From Sphyrna mokarran (Eukaryota): a DNA stretch of 64,000 nt. Where the stretch lies: positions 75,888,001 through 75,952,000 of the forward strand of contig JAGIQG010000010.1 in assembly GCA_024679065.1 (NCBI GenBank). Reading direction: 5' to 3'. The translations under genes were made by a program, and so were the position numbers. The notes below the pieces were generated by a model. It saw only the letters and a list, made by a program, of their open reading frames with translations. It did no database searches and was not told where the DNA came from. Each line of letters begins with the position of its first letter. Within the stretch, counting starts at the first letter, position 1. Shown in pieces: positions 38,791 to 53,055 of the stretch.

Positions 38791-39269
38791 TATGGAGAAC
38801 CTCCTTGCAACTTTCGGGTAAATAATTAATAACTGTTAAGGTAGTTAAGAAAAAATTAACACCTGATTAACCCTGAATCTTGGGTTTCAAAGTCAGAGAA
38901 CACGTAATTGGGGAAATACTAAAATCATCATTAAGCAGTTCGTAGTAGGACATTGCTGGGAGATACTTTGGTGTAATGTATCACGTCTCTGCCTCTGAGC
39001 TGGAAGTGTTGGTTCAAGAACCATTCCAGGACATGATGGCTAAAGAAGGTCATAATGTGGATTATCAAGCTACAAATCCTTTCAACACTTGCCAATGGCA
39101 GTGGTAAGAGCAGGACAGTTTCCTGCTCAGCCATATGATGGAAATAAAGTTTGTATCTATGCCAACATTATCTGTTATGCCAGACTATGCTATATGTATA
39201 AAAGTACATGCTGTCACAGCAACTTAGACATCCTGAGTGATCTGTGACACCTCAACAGCAGGACATTTA

Positions 39270-39845
39270 GAAAATCAGGATACACATAGGTTTCAAGAGA
39301 ATCTGTTTTTGTCAAATTTGTTAGAGCTCCTTGAGGATGTAATGAACATGGTGGATAAAGGAGAATGTGTACTGTATTTGGATTTTGAAAAGGCAGTTGG
39401 AAAATTGCCATACAAAAGGTTAATATAAAAAATAAGGCTATACAGAGGTAATTAATATGGGTACAGGATTGACTAACAGGAAACAGGAACTCAGGACAAA
39501 GTGATCATTTCCAGGTTGGCAAATGCCCCTTTAAGACAGAGACGAGGATACATTTCTTCTATCACAAGATCTTGAATCTATAGAATTCTATACTCCAGAG
39601 AAGATAAGTCATTTTATGTTTATGGTTGAGATGGACGGATTTTTGAACGGAAGGGAGCCAAAGATTATGGATAGTTGGTGGTGGTGGGGGGGAGGGGGAG
39701 GGGGGGGAGGGGGGGGGAGGGGAGGGGGGGAGGTGTGGTGGTGATACACAAGCAGCAAGGATCAGGCGAGGACAAAATCAGTTCAAGCATGATCTGATTG
39801 AATGTCAGATAAGGCTCAATGTGCCACTTGGCATCTCCTTCTCTT
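39270..39845 (+). mobile_element. CR1 LINE fragments
   Basis: NLLELLEDV..VDKG..LYLDFEKA RT motif, followed by 3' end sequence. Confidence 0.75.
39685..39733 (+). repeat. G-tract (G4-forming potential)
   Basis: Multiple runs of 4-9 G separated by single A, inside a CR1 3' region. Confidence 0.85.
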
Positions 39846-41399
39846 ATTCCCAATGTCTTACTCCTCATTTCATTTCTTTTGTTTTCATGTTCCTAACCTG
39901 TCAAGAATGATCACTGAGCCATGTACATAAGAGAAGATATTCTTCAGGCTAACCTAGAAGTTTTGGAAGTTTTGATCTTTTTCACTGAAAAGCAATGGCC
40001 ATGGCCATTGAGTAACTGCTATTCAAAGCACTTCATCTCTTAGAGAGTACTTTCAGTGCTTTCACTACTTGACAGGTGATTGTTAACATACTGGAAATTC
40101 ATTTATTTTCAGCAGTACTCTACTGGCAGCCTTCAATATGGCAATAGGGGCAGCTTATGAAGCTTTATCTTCCATCTCCGCTAAGGGACAAGAGCAACAA
40201 CCTCACTGTTCCAGTGGCAGCAGCAGCAACATCAATCAAAGCATTGGCTGCTCAGTCGCATTCACCTCCATACAACAGGTAGAATGAACACCCAGATTCA
40301 GCTGAAAAGAGGTGAGGCTCCCAACACAGAATCTACAAGCAGAGTATCAGCCCTTCTGATTTGTCTGAACGCTGTTGCATCAGGCACTCATAGCAAGTTG
40401 CTGATAGCATCTGCAGGTTCCTGGAACAAGTTCTCTTTCAGAGTGGAGCAAATGGGTTCAATTGCCAGTGGCTAAGAAGGTGCCTGTCACTGGAGGCTCA
40501 CCCTGCATCTAACAAACACTCACCCCCTATCCCAGATCTCCCTGCTTCCTGCTAAGTTGTGCACTTATTTCTACAGTAAGAAAAGAAAACAGCAATGTAA
40601 GTGTTGGCAATGGCTTGTGTAAGAAGAGGAAAGAATACCATTTATGGGGGTAACTGTGAGGCAAGGGTGTGAGAGAGAGCAATAGGCTAAGGAGAAATCT
40701 GAGTGATGGCTGTTCATATGGAGTTGTGAGGTGTCTGCAGGGAATTGCAGGATGTGCTGACTTAAGGAATGCTGTTCAATAGAGTGTTGGACAAGTCAGA
40801 GTGTGGGAATGGGCACTTGAAAATGTCACTCACTTTTTTCACCCTCCTGAGGTCCTGTATCCACTTGTTTCACTGTCTCCACATTAGACCATGGTTCTGC
40901 TGCTAACTTCTCAACCACTTCCATCCAAACATCCTTCCCTCCCATCCTTGAGAGAATTTCCCTCACTGTGGCTTCTCAGGTTTCACAAAAGAATCTCCAG
41001 GTAGGAGTGAGAGACTTAGGCACAGTCTCCCCAGGTCTCCTTTCCCGTTGCTACTGCAGCTGCAAAAATCCAAGAGATATTGAGCCTTCAGGGACTCTTC
41101 AAAGATCTGGTGTCAAGGATATATTGAGGTCAATAAAGCAATTCCATGTAAAATATCTGGAATAAATCAATTTATAAGTACTGATGTAGTCAGTGTAAAA
41201 TAGCTATGCTGTTAAGAAAGCTTTGATGAGAAAAACTCAAATGAATGTTTGGCATGGAACATAAGGCACTAATGCTAAGTTAGTAGATCTATAGTTTCAT
41301 CCTATATTGTATCATCTAAACAAAATCCAATACTTCTCATTAGAGTGTTAATCAAGTGGTACTAGCATCAGATAGTAAGAATCTGAGAGCACAATAACA

Positions 41400-42300
41400 A
41401 TTGTTTTTCAAGTCGCTTAGATAATTTGCTCATCTATTTGTCAAATGTTCAGAATTCTGCTTAAAGATGTGGATATGATTGATGCAAAATAAGACAATTG
41501 GAATAGTAAAACATAAAAAGAAAGATTCACCACATCCTATTGTAAGTGTTCCATTGACACACAGCTTTAACAAGATAATTACTATCTAAAAGGTCTGGGA
41601 TGTGGACAGAAACATTTTCATTCCATGATTTGTAAATCTGATGACCAGATTTAGTCTTTCCAGAATAATCCTCAATAAGCAAAACAAAAAAATATAGATA
41701 ATTTCACGGAGAAATAGATAGGGATTTAATTTGGGACATCAGCAGAGTTTATGTTGGATAATGGAGGATCATGTGTCAATGACGTGTTCAGAAACATGTG
41801 AAAACATAAATATTATGGTCATGAATACCACAGCTGAAGGCCCTTTCAGCAATGGACTCAATGAAAGGAATCATGTGGTGATTGGTGAAATGCTGCTTAA
41901 AATATCAGCTGATCACCCAGAGGGCAAGTTGAAAACCTCTTTGTAGAATGGGAAATTCAAACAGAGAATTCAGTCTAGATAGTTGGAGGATATAACCCAT
42001 GTCAAGAGTCCAAGGGCAGAGTCCCAAATTGCTTTCTACATAATGCAATCATCAATTTGAACTAGGCAGTTAGTTTCATTTCTTTTCTGCATATTTGAAT
42101 CTTTTACATGCAAATGTAAAAGATCTGTGGCTTTTCATCAAGGCTGAGGTTCTGTAGGAAGGTCAGAAACTACCGAGGTACCATAGAAAACCATCCAATT
42201 TGCAGTTTAAGTTAGGAACTTTGGTATATAATAAAAGAGGGGGATCACAGGAAATGAGTCCTGGTCAGGTAAGGCAGCCCTTGCCAAACGTGGCTTTCTA
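41400..42300 (+). mobile_element. LTR-retrotransposon integrase remnant (Copia/GalEa-like)
   Basis: Interrupted peptides PHPIVSVPL..FNK, TRFS and TTAEGPFSNGLNERNHVVIGEML (rve NG..ER motif). Confidence 0.55.
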
Positions 42301-42989
42301 AATGTTAACTGTTAAGAACTGTTAACTGCTTCTCATGACTAATTGGAATTAATTATAAAATCTCAGATTCTGAGCAGCCAATTGAAGTAAATAAGATTCT
42401 TTGCACCTCAAATGCTCATGTGTTTTTGTGATTGAAGGTTTAAAGAACAGAATAAGGTAGATTATTGTCTAGATGGTGGTAATATGAATTATTATGGCAA
42501 ACATGTTATAACACCCAAAACCAGACTGACATATATTTCAGAGGGTTCTAGTGAATGGAGAAATGTAAAATTGTAGGACATACAAGTAAAGCAACTCAGA
42601 AGTTTAAATATGTGTTTGCTGCCAGGATGATGGTCAAGAAGCAAAGTCCATGGAAACACCCTAACTCAAGAAATCTTAAGACCAAATAAAACATCTAAAA
42701 AATTAAAATTGGAAAGATGTTTACTTATATTTCATCCTGAGATGACCCAAAGTGCATGAGACAAAGTTTCCTGATGGCTACTCTAGCGTGGCAAGTTTTG
42801 ATTGCCTAAAAGAGCAGAAGAGTCATTACTTGTTCTAGCAAAAGTTCAAAATCAGAAGTAATATAGCAGCTCATAACCTGCAATAAGTGCAAAGATTTAC
42901 TAGTCCAGGACAGGAAGAAGGGATGATGGGCTGCACAGATTGATCATTTTGGCACACAGTGACTTTCTGTTCATTCTCTGTCCTCTCTC

Positions 42990-45900
42990 ATCTCCAATCC
43001 ACTTCAAACTTGAGCTAGTCAGGTGTAAAGTTGAAGCCAATCTATGGCTTAATCTAGAATAGCATCCCATCTCATTGTGCTTATCACAAACTATGTCCTC
43101 TGTGCTCTTCACACTGTCTGTATCCCAATTGATATTAGGGTAGTTGAGGTCTTCAATTATTACTGTCCTATTTATACTGATAATTTATTTTTAATTCATT
43201 TATGGGATGTGAGCATCACTAGCGAGGCCAGCATTTATTGTCCATTTCGAGTTGCCCTTGAGAAAGTGGTGGTGAGTTGCCTTCTTGAACTGCAGAAGGC
43301 ATAAACTGTATCAACTTTGGAAACCTTTGATCATCTGGGCAAATAATGTATTGCTAAAACACTTCAGGTTTTTCTTTGACTTTATCTGCCAATATTTTCT
43401 AGTAACCTCTCTTTGTTTTCCTCATTTCCTTTTTTACTTCACCCCATATGTTTTATATTCCTCTAGACTTTCTACAGTATTCAGCTTTTTGTAACTGTCA
43501 TAAGCTTTTGTTTTCTGCTTTATCTTACCCTCTATGCATCTGGATAACAAGGGCCTGTAAATTTGACAGTAATACCCCTTTTCTTTGTGGGGACATGTCC
43601 ACACTCTGCCAATTTGCATCTCATTTTTAAATGCCTTCCACTGATTAGAAATTATCATCCTTTCTAGTCACTTTATCTTGTCTGCTTTCATAGTTCATCG
43701 TAAAATTTATCTTCATCCAAGTTAGAACTTTTACTCCTGTTCCATTTTTGTCCTTTTCCATAAATTTATGGTTACTATCTCCAAAATGGTCCCTCACTGC
43801 TACTTCACCACTTGTCCAGCTTCATTGCCAAAGGCTACATCTAGAATAATACCGCCACTCATTGTGTTTGTTATGTACCATGCCCTTTGTGCCATTACAC
43901 TGTCTGTTTCCCCGGTATGATATTAGGGTAGTTGAAGTCTCCAACTATTACTTCCCTATTGTTTTCATACTCAGAATTTTTTTAAAAAATTCATTTATAG
44001 GATGTAAGCATCGCTGGCTAGGCCAGACTTCATTGTCCATTTTGAGTTGTCCTTGAGAAAATGATGGTGAGCTGCCTTCTTGAACTGCAGCAGCCCATTG
44101 TTAATGATATTGTTTCTCAAGGGTTGATAGTTAGATCCTCTCTTGGTAGAGATAATTTTGTCTGGCACTTGAGTGGTGTGAATGTTACTTGTCATTCATC
44201 AGCCCAAGCCTGATATTGTCAAAGTCTTGCTGCGTCCAAACTCCATTTGGATGTGGACTGCTTCTGATCTGAGCACTCGTGAATGTTGAACATTGTGCTG
44301 TCATCAGCAAATATCCTCACTTTTAATATAATGATGGAAAGAAAGTTATTTATGAAGCAGCTGGGGATGGTTGTGCTTAGGACAACCTGAGGAACTTCTA
44401 TAGTGATGTTCTGGAGCTGAGATGATTTACCTCCAATCACCATAACCATCTTACTTTGTGATAAGTATAACTCCCCGTGATTCCTATTGAGTCTAGTTTC
44501 GTTATGGTTCTTGAATCCATACTTGGTCAAATATGCCTTGATGTCAAAAGCAGTTACTCTAAATTCAGCTCTTTTGTCCATGTTAGGAGCTAAGAGATCC
44601 TGGCTCCAAACTGAGTGTCCATGAGCAGATTATTGTTTGCTGCCCCTTCCATTAATAATGATCAAGAATAGACAGATGGGTTGATGAGTGACTGGTTTAA
44701 GTTTGTCCTATTTCTTTTGTACTGTACAGACCTGGACAATTTTCCACATTGCTGGGCATATATTAGTGTTGCAGCTGGGCATATGTTAGTGGCACAGCAT
44801 GTTCTGGGGCATAGACCTTCCGTACTATTGCTGGAATATTGTCAAGGTCCATAGCCTTTGCAGTAAATGGTGCCTTCAGCTGCTCCTTGATAGCCTCCAG
44901 CTCCAGTGAGTTGTTTGATTGCCGAGCACCATTCATGGCTGGATATGGCAGGACTGCAGAGTTTGGTCATGGATTTTATTTTTGAATTGCTTAGCTCTGC
45001 CTATTATGTGTTTTTTTTGTTCTTTGTTTATGCTGTTTGACAGGAGAGTAGCACGTATGGTAGCTTCACCATATTGTTACCTCATCTGCCTGATGTTGCT
45101 CCTGGCATGCCCTTCTGCACTCTTCTTTGAACCAGGATTCCCTGGCTTTGAGGTAATTGCAGAGTGGAAGATATGCAGGGCCATAAGGTTAAAGGTTGTG
45201 ACTGATTACAATTCTGCTATTGCTGATGGCCCACAGTGCTTTATGGATGTCCCACCTTGAGTTATTAGTTCTGATGAAAGCCTATCCTTTTTGGCAAGGT
45301 GGTATTGCTACACAATGCTACATATTTGTTCTTGAGACTCCCTTCCACTATTTGGAAGTCTACAGTACCCTACAAGCAATGTGGCTGTCCTTTCTTTATT
45401 TCTGAGCTCAACCTATATGGCCTTATGCAATGCTTCATTCAGGATATTGTCCTTCCTCATGCTGTATTAGATTCCTTAATCAATAATGCTATACCCCAAC
45501 TTATCCCTCCTCCCTATCCTGCCTGTAAATTCAATATCCAAGCTTGTTGAGCTACAATTTTTGACGGTCCTTAAGCAAGAACAATGACATCATGCTGCCA
45601 CATGTCTACCTGTGCTCTCAACTTACTGATTTTATTTAGTCTGCTCCTTGTATTTGCATGTATATCTTTTAACACTGCTGAATCCCTGTGCTGCATTCTT
45701 TTTAACCTGTGCTTCCTCTGTCTTTCAGGTACACTCACTGATTCTCCACCTCCATAACCTGCTTTGACTTCTCCTCTCAGGTTCTCACCCCTCTGCCAAT
45801 TTAGCTTAACTTCCCCCTACAAAATTATCAAATCTGTCTGTGAGAATATTCACCCCAGTCCTGTTCAGGTGTAGATAGTCTGGATTGCACAGGTCTCACT

Positions 45901-46725
45901 TTCCCCAGAAAGAGTCCCAATGACATAAAAATCTGATGCTCTCACTCCTCAAGCAACTTTCCACCCAAATGTTTCATTGTTACTAATTCTATATTAATTT
46001 GCAAGTGAGACTGGGAGTTATCCTAAGATAACTGCTATAGAGATCCTGTTTTCAATCTCCTTCCAAACTCCCTGAAGTCTGCTTTCAGGACCCCATCCCT
46101 TTTCCAAGCTAAGTCTTTGGTACTATTAACTGGCTGATCATCCTCTACAAGAAGAAGGACCTACAACTGTTACATGACATCCTTGACCCTGACACCAGGG
46201 AGGCAACATACCACCCGGCAATCATGTCAACAGCCACAGAAACACCTATCTGTTCCAATAACTAATGGATTTCCTATCTCTTCTGAACTTCCTTTATCTT
46301 CCTTTCCTCCTGTACAACAGAGCTGATCCTGGTGCCACAAGCCTGGCTTTGACTGCACTCCTCCAAGGAATGACTGCCATCACCAGTATCTAAAATGGAA
46401 AACTGATTGATGAGTGGGTTCTGGTGGACTCCTACACTAGTTACCCAGTATTTTTGGACTGCCTGGAGGCTCCTCATTTCCTTTCTGCTTCCATGCACCT
46501 AAGCTGTGGTGTGACCATCTCTCTGTACGTGCTATCCACATAGGCCTCAGCCCAGCAGATGTGCCACAGTGATTCCAGCTGCTACTCAAGCTCTGAGACC
46601 AGAAGCTCAATTTTTGCACCTGATAGTACTTCCCGCACATGTAGTCATTTAGGACACTGGGACATCCATGACTTTCCACATATAACAGAATGCGCATTAC
46701 AAATGACCAAGTTGTCCCATTCTGG
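42990..46725 (-). mobile_element. CR1 LINE 5' portion (ORF1 zinc-finger/esterase plus ORF2 endonuclease), fragmented and interrupted
   Basis: ORF1 C..C.MW..DYMCGK at 46600-46720, esterase-like VVCCLPGVRVKDV near 46170-46250, and APE-like fragments at 45330-45700 and 43310-43975. Confidence 0.7.
43985..45320 (-). mobile_element. Second, deleted copy of the 10290-13860 LINE family, nested in CR1
   Basis: RVTAFDIKA, MVMVIGGKSS..EVPQ and RIFADDSTM peptides, and the same 3' end gagctgccttcttgaactgc. Confidence 0.8.
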
Positions 46726-47064
46726 CTTCAATTTATTCCCATTATGTTAACTTTATTTTACTTTGATTTCCTTATACTATTTTATTTCATCTGAGTTTGC
46801 CTTAACTTTACTTTCTTATTGATTGTGTTTCTTACTGGAATCTAAGTAGCTACACAATGTTTTTTCTTAGTTCTCCCCATCCCAGATTAATTTACGGGAA
46901 TCAAGAAGACAACAAGTCCTCTACCCACAACTTTCTGCCCCATTGTATGGACATCCTCTGCCATTCCTGGGATAGGGATGCATTAAAGTCAGAACTAAAG
47001 ATTCATCTCAGTTCCTATAAATAGATGTAGAATAAAACTTTTAATGCTGCAGCTTTATAAGAAC

Positions 47065-47595
47065 TTAGTCAGACCCCACTTGGAGTACTGTGCTCAGTTC
47101 TGGTTGCCTCATTACAGGAAAGATGTAGAAGCTATTGAAAAGGTGTAAGGGAGATTTACAAGGATGTTGCCTGGATCGGCTGGCATGCTTTATAAAGATA
47201 GGTTGAGGGAGCTTGGTCTTTTCTCCTTTTAGAGACGGAGGATGAGCAGTGACCTGATAGAGGTATATAAGATGTGGAGACATATTGATCAGGTGGATTC
47301 TTAGAGGCTTTTTTCCAGGGCTGAAAGGCTTATTACAAGAGGACACAGGTTTAAGGTGATGGGGGGTAGGTATAGAGGAAATGTCAGTTGTAAGTTTTTC
47401 ACTGAGACAGTGGTGGGTGAGTGGAATCAGCTGCTGTCGGTGGTGGTGGAGGCAAATTCGATAGGGTCTTTTAAGAGACTTCTGAATGAGTACATGGGAT
47501 TTAATAGGATTGAGGGTCATAGGTAAGTCTAATAGGTAGCAACTTGTGGCTGAAGGGCCTGTTTGTGTTGTAGTTTTTCTATGTTCTATGTTCTA
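47065..47595 (+). mobile_element. CR1 (HER1-like) LINE 3' end
   Basis: [19 protein letters not shown] frame and (TTCTATG)n tail. Confidence 0.85.
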
Positions 47596-49469
47596 AAACT
47601 GTGGTTCTTGAGTGAGAAGGTGCAAGCTTGTGATATGTAACTCTATAAATAAATGCTCAGAAAACAATGTAAAGATTGTCTCTAGTTCTTATCAATTAGC
47701 TTTGTTAAAAGCTGGTAAATTTTGAGTGTTATTTTCTCAAATGTGAAAGACATTCTTACCAATATTTCATTCAACTGAAGTTCCTGGAATTTATTATATG
47801 AAATATATAAGACTCTTTATTGGGTATTCAGAGGTAAATATTTTGTGTTGCAGGAATTGAAATTATAAGAAAAAATTAAGAGACCTGGACTATTACCGTT
47901 GGACGAAAAAAAATCAAACTGATCAGTTTTAAAACTGATTGATAAAACTTAACTACTTATAAAGTAATTTACTACCATTAACAAACACAAATGTGGATAA
48001 TATAAATTTATAGTGAACTATCATTTAGTTTAACTAACTCCTTTATCAGATTTTTTCTTGTCTTTCTTTACTTCTACCAATGATCGAAATAAAACTATAG
48101 CTTTCTTGATTTTCAGGTCCGTTTTATCTTTGTGCTTTCCCCAGATTTGAAAAGTAGAAACAGAAATATATCAGCAGTAGAAACTGGTTTCAGTGATTCT
48201 TGTGGATCTCAGTATTGAACATTTCACATGCAGTGAATAATTTTAAAATGCAATGGTCAGTCTTATGTAGGAAACTATGGCAACCATTGTGTGCACAGTA
48301 AGATCCCAAAAAATAGCAATGAGATGGTTGGCTGACTGATATGTAGTGACAAGTATTGGCAAAGGTATCATGAGAACTTACGATGCTCCTCTTTTATTGA
48401 ATCCTTAATGATCTACCTAAACCATCAGAATATGCAGAGAAGAGAGGGTAATACATTATGAAAAGGTTATCTGGCAGACAAATAAAACAATGATCTTAAA
48501 AAAACATTAGAAGTCTTTCTGTAAAGAGAAGCAATATAATGGGAGGCTAATATGAAATGATTGCTGGCATTTTGTCTTTCATCATATTACCTTTAAAAAA
48601 TCAAGTATTCAACAAAAGCAACATGTCACAGAATCTATAACAGCACACAAACAGGCCACTCAGCCCATCAAGTCAGTGCCAGAATTGCCATCATTTTTAG
48701 AAAGAATTTCAATACCAGGAGATGCAAGTTAAAATAAATAAGTTACAAGTGATAAAGTAAACCAAAAATAAAACAAATTTTGACCCACTGCCTTCTTATT
48801 CTCTCCCTCAAACTAGTAAAACTTCTCTTTTACAAGTCATGAAACCACAGAATATGAGTGATTGTTTATGAACCATGTTTCAACAATAATTTGTGGAGAA
48901 AACCCCATATTCTACATATTTTCTATATAAAGGACAAAGCTCTGAACTTTCCTTTTAATTTTTTTAGTAATTATCTTAAATATGTATTCCATTGTTGTCA
49001 TCTTACTAACCATCAGAATCAACCTAACAATGTTTATTTTATAATCCTTCATAATATCCCCTTCACAATTGTCTTGAAAAATACCTTAAATCAAGATTTC
49101 TTCATTATCCTAGCTCTTATCCTTGGGAACATTCCAGTGAACTAACGCTGATCATTTTCCAGGGCTTTTACAACCTTCCAATCATCTGGTCTTTTAAATT
49201 GCACTTAATACTCCAACTAGTAAATGTCTTGTAAAGTTCCATATTGCCTGTTTTCTTTTGTATTCAGTGTCTCTGGAAACAAGACTAAGGATTTTGTTTG
49301 TTTTTTTAATGGTCTTATCCACTTGTGCTTTTACTTCGATGGCCTACATATTGGTATAATAAAATACTCCTGTTTCTCTAATCCATTTAAAATGTAAAGT
49401 TCTGATGTTTACTTTTCACTTCCCATACCGATTTCAGAAATTTAGAAATTGAAAAACCAGCTGAAAAAT

Positions 49470-50100
49470 AAAAACTAACTGTAAGAGATTTCATAAGTAT
49501 ATAAAAAAGAAAGTAGTTACAGTAAACATTAGTCGCTCAGGAGCAAGGACAGGAGAAATTACCTCGAGGAATAAGGAAATTACAGATATTTTGAACAAAT
49601 ATTTACTATTTGTCTTTGCAGTAGAAGACACTAATTACATCCCAGAAATAGAGGACAATGAAGGAGTTAATTTGAGTAAGGGACTTAAAGTTAAGTAAGG
49701 TCAGGAGGGAAAGGGTATGAGAGTGACTTAAGGGACCAAAAGCAGACAAATTCCAAGGATCTGATGGCTTATATTCTAGACATCTAAAAGAGATAGCTGC
49801 AGAGACATTCCCCAGATTCCAGAAAGAACTCAGCAGATAGATACTTAGCAAATGTAACACTGTTGTTTAAGAAAGTAAGATAAGAGGAAAGGGACAACTG
49901 TGAGCCCATTAGCCTGAGAACAATCCTTGGGAAAATGCTGAAATTCATTATTAAGGAAGACTTAACAATGCAGTTAGAAAATCATAATATGAACAGATGG
50001 AGTCAACATGGCTTTCCCAAAAGGAAGTTATGTTTAACAAATTTCTTAGAGTCTTTTGAGGATGAGCTTTTTAGTAAGGTGGAAAAAGAAGAGCCAACAG
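49470..50100 (+). mobile_element. CR1 LINE ORF2 middle fragment
   Basis: DK.QGSDG, ANVTLLFKK and QHGFPKRKLCLTNFLESFE motifs. Confidence 0.75.
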
Positions 50101-51569
50101 AATAGTCATTTAACAGCCATTACTGCCATACTTTCAGCCATTTAGACCCCAAACTTTGCAAGTCTTTTTCTCAATCTCTCTGATTCACTGTTTCACTTAA
50201 ATACATTCCTTAAAATGTACCTAATTGACCAAGCTATGGGCCTAAATGTCTTTCTCTGTGGCTTGATTTAAATATTTGTCAAATCACATCCCAGTAAAGT
50301 GCCCAGAGGTAGTACACTAAAGGTAGCATGTAAATATAAATCAGTGTTGTTGTTATGCTATTTGAAAATCCATTCACTCACATCTACTGTACTTTCTTTA
50401 TCCATCTTTCTAGCATTGTATGGAAGAATTTTACAAGTTTTTTCAAGCATGATCTGCCTTTTAGAAATCTAGAATAACTGGTCCTAAAGATTGCACATTT
50501 CTTAGGTATTTAAAATTCTACCAATTTGACAGCCGAAATAAAACTAATGTCTATAATTTCTAATGTGCCATTATTTCCCTACAGAATCATATTTGCTACA
50601 AGAAATACCCACCATAATTTTTCTTTCTAAGAGAAATTGGAAAATTATAATCAGATCTTCTGTTTGTTTTCTGCTAACCTGCTTTGCTACCTTCCCATGT
50701 AAATCAACTCATCCCAGTGATTTCCCAAGTTTACTTTTTTTTCTAAATGTCTTTCTCTTTTGCTTTCCTTACATTTGCTTCTACAAACAACAAAAATAGC
50801 TTGCATTAAATGGTGCCCTTTGTAGGAGCATTTTGAAACATAATTTTATTAATTCCAAGATACATAGAGAGATATTTTTTAACAGATGATCAGAAGCTCA
50901 GCCTAAGAAGCTGGTGTAAGGAGAATCTCAAAGGCAGAAATGAAGAGAGAGTAAAGCTGAGTGGTCAATAGTAGAAAAGAACCTGGTAGAGGTTACGCAT
51001 TCCCTTCAATAAAGCATTCATAGCCTTAACAGAAAGAAGATTATACCACTAAGTGTATTGCAAAGTTAAAAGGCTTGAAAGAAAAGTTTGCATTTCAATG
51101 ATGCTTTAGCAAGTCTCTGAGGAATGTCTCTCGTGATCACACAGAATGATTTTAAAGTGCAATGGCTGTTACATATGAAAATGTTTGGTATTAGATGATT
51201 TCTTTTTATATTTAATTTTAATTATTTGTATTGTCTAATGTACTTCTTTTTAATTATGTTTCGGAAAGTACTTGAAAGGTACTGGATGAAGAACAATTGG
51301 ATTATGGAGACTGAAAATTGTGAACTTTGTTCTTGACCAAAGACAATGGTCAATGATTGATTGTAAGCTGGAATGGAATTGCAAGTGTTGAAGATGTTTT
51401 CAAGTAAGTTTTAAAAGTGTGTGGTCAACTAGACTTGGAATAAACAATCTAACCACAGAAGGGGTTAGCCATGAGTCATGCCTTTATTGGGAGAAGTTAA
51501 AGTAACACAATCCTGAGTTTGAATAAAGTCTTTGTTGACCAGGAAAAATCAGAGTGGGTTTCAGTGAAT

Positions 51570-51907
51570 CCTGACAGTGCAGAAGAGGCCATTCAGCCTA
51601 TTGAGTCTGCACCAACTCTCTGATAGAATATCTTACCTAGGCCCTCTTCCCCGCCCTATCCCAGTAATACAAACATTTACCATGGTTAATCAATTTATCC
51701 ACAAATCTTGGGACACTAAGGGGATCTTTATAGGGCCAATTCACCTAACCTCCATATCTTTGGAGTGTGGGAGGAAACTGGAGCACCCAGAGGAAACAAA
51801 TACACACACAGAGAGAATGTGCAAACTCCACATGGATAATCATCCAAGGTCAGAATAGAACCCAGGTCCCTGGCACTGTAAACCAGCAGTGCTAACCACC
51901 ATGCCAT
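51570..51907 (-). mobile_element. HE1-like SINE (CR1-type tail)
   Basis: Full body in reverse, including gcagtgctaaccac head. Confidence 0.85.
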
Positions 51908-52099
51908 CAGGTCATTTGGACAGAGAGGATTTGAAATGAGGCACAAATGAAGGTCCAATAATACACAAAACTGTGCACACACCTAAATATCAAACTATAT
52001 CCCTGAATAACTCTTCATATTTCATCCTGATGAATAAGCAGTTTCTCTGTGATTACTCATAAATGGCCTAGATATTGGTGTTGAGCGAATGGCCTAAAC

Positions 52100-52445
52100 A
52101 TTGCATCCAATGAAGGGTATGGATAGGATGAACAGTGGGAAGCTTTTTCCCAGGTTGGAGGTGACAAACACGAGGGGTCACAGGTTCAAGGTGAGAGAGG
52201 CGAGGTTTAATTCAGATATCAAGGGGACATATTTTACACAGAGGATGGTGGGGGCCTGGAATGCACTGCCAAGCAGGGTGGTGAAGGCAGACACGCTAGG
52301 ATGGTTTAAGACTTATCTGGATTAGTCACATAAGCAGATTGGGAATGGAGGGATACCAGAGAATGGTTTAGTTGGACCAATGAGTGGCACAGACTTGGAG
52401 GGCCAAAGGGCCTGTTTCCTGTGCTGTATCGTATTGTATTGTACA
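52100..52445 (+). mobile_element. CR1 LINE 3' end (relatively young)
   Basis: TRGHRFKV..FTQRMVGAWNALP..FKTYLD peptide and (GTATT)n tail. Confidence 0.85.
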
Positions 52446-52535
52446 ATAAGTACAACAAGAATATTTGAGAAGTGGAGGAGCAAATTTCTGAAAGTAGATA
52501 AAATGGGCCAAACTCTGGCAAATAAGCAGAATCAA

Positions 52536-52662
52536 GGGTAGAATTTTACCGGCACAGCTACCCAAGGTTTGTAAATCTTGTCTGAGGTCAACAGAGAATG
52601 CCATTATCTGAGCTGAGCCCGCTGTCAGAATCTGGGCGGGCATGCCTATAAAATTCTGGCCC
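52536..52662. mobile_element. Short MITE-like element
   Basis: Terminal inverted repeats GGGTAGAATTTTA / TAAAATTCTGGCCC. Confidence 0.5.
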
Positions 52663-52871
52663 AAGTATAATTTCATCTTAGAACAGAACTGTGGCTGGGA
52701 GAATAAAGATCTTGGTGTTACAGTACATAATTCTCGAAAAGCTGAAGCCCAATGATGAGATGCCACAAACAAGGTCGATAAGATATTAGGTTATTGTAGA
52801 AGGACTATTCAACATAGAGCAAAGCAAACCATTTATACAAGACCCTGATTTGATCATATTTAGGATATTAA

Positions 52872-53055
52872 GTTTAAGTTTATTTATTAGTGTCACACAT
52901 GTAGGCTTACATTAATACTGCAATGAAGTTACTGTGCAAATCCCCCAGTCGCCACACTCCGGTGCCTATTCAGGTATGCTGAAGGAGAATTTAGCATGGC
53001 CAATGCATCTAACCAGCATGTCTTTTAGACTGTGGGAGGAAACCAGAGCACCTGA
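52872..53055 (-). mobile_element. HE1-like SINE 3' half (alternative tail)
   Basis: Matches 14548-14720. Confidence 0.8.
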
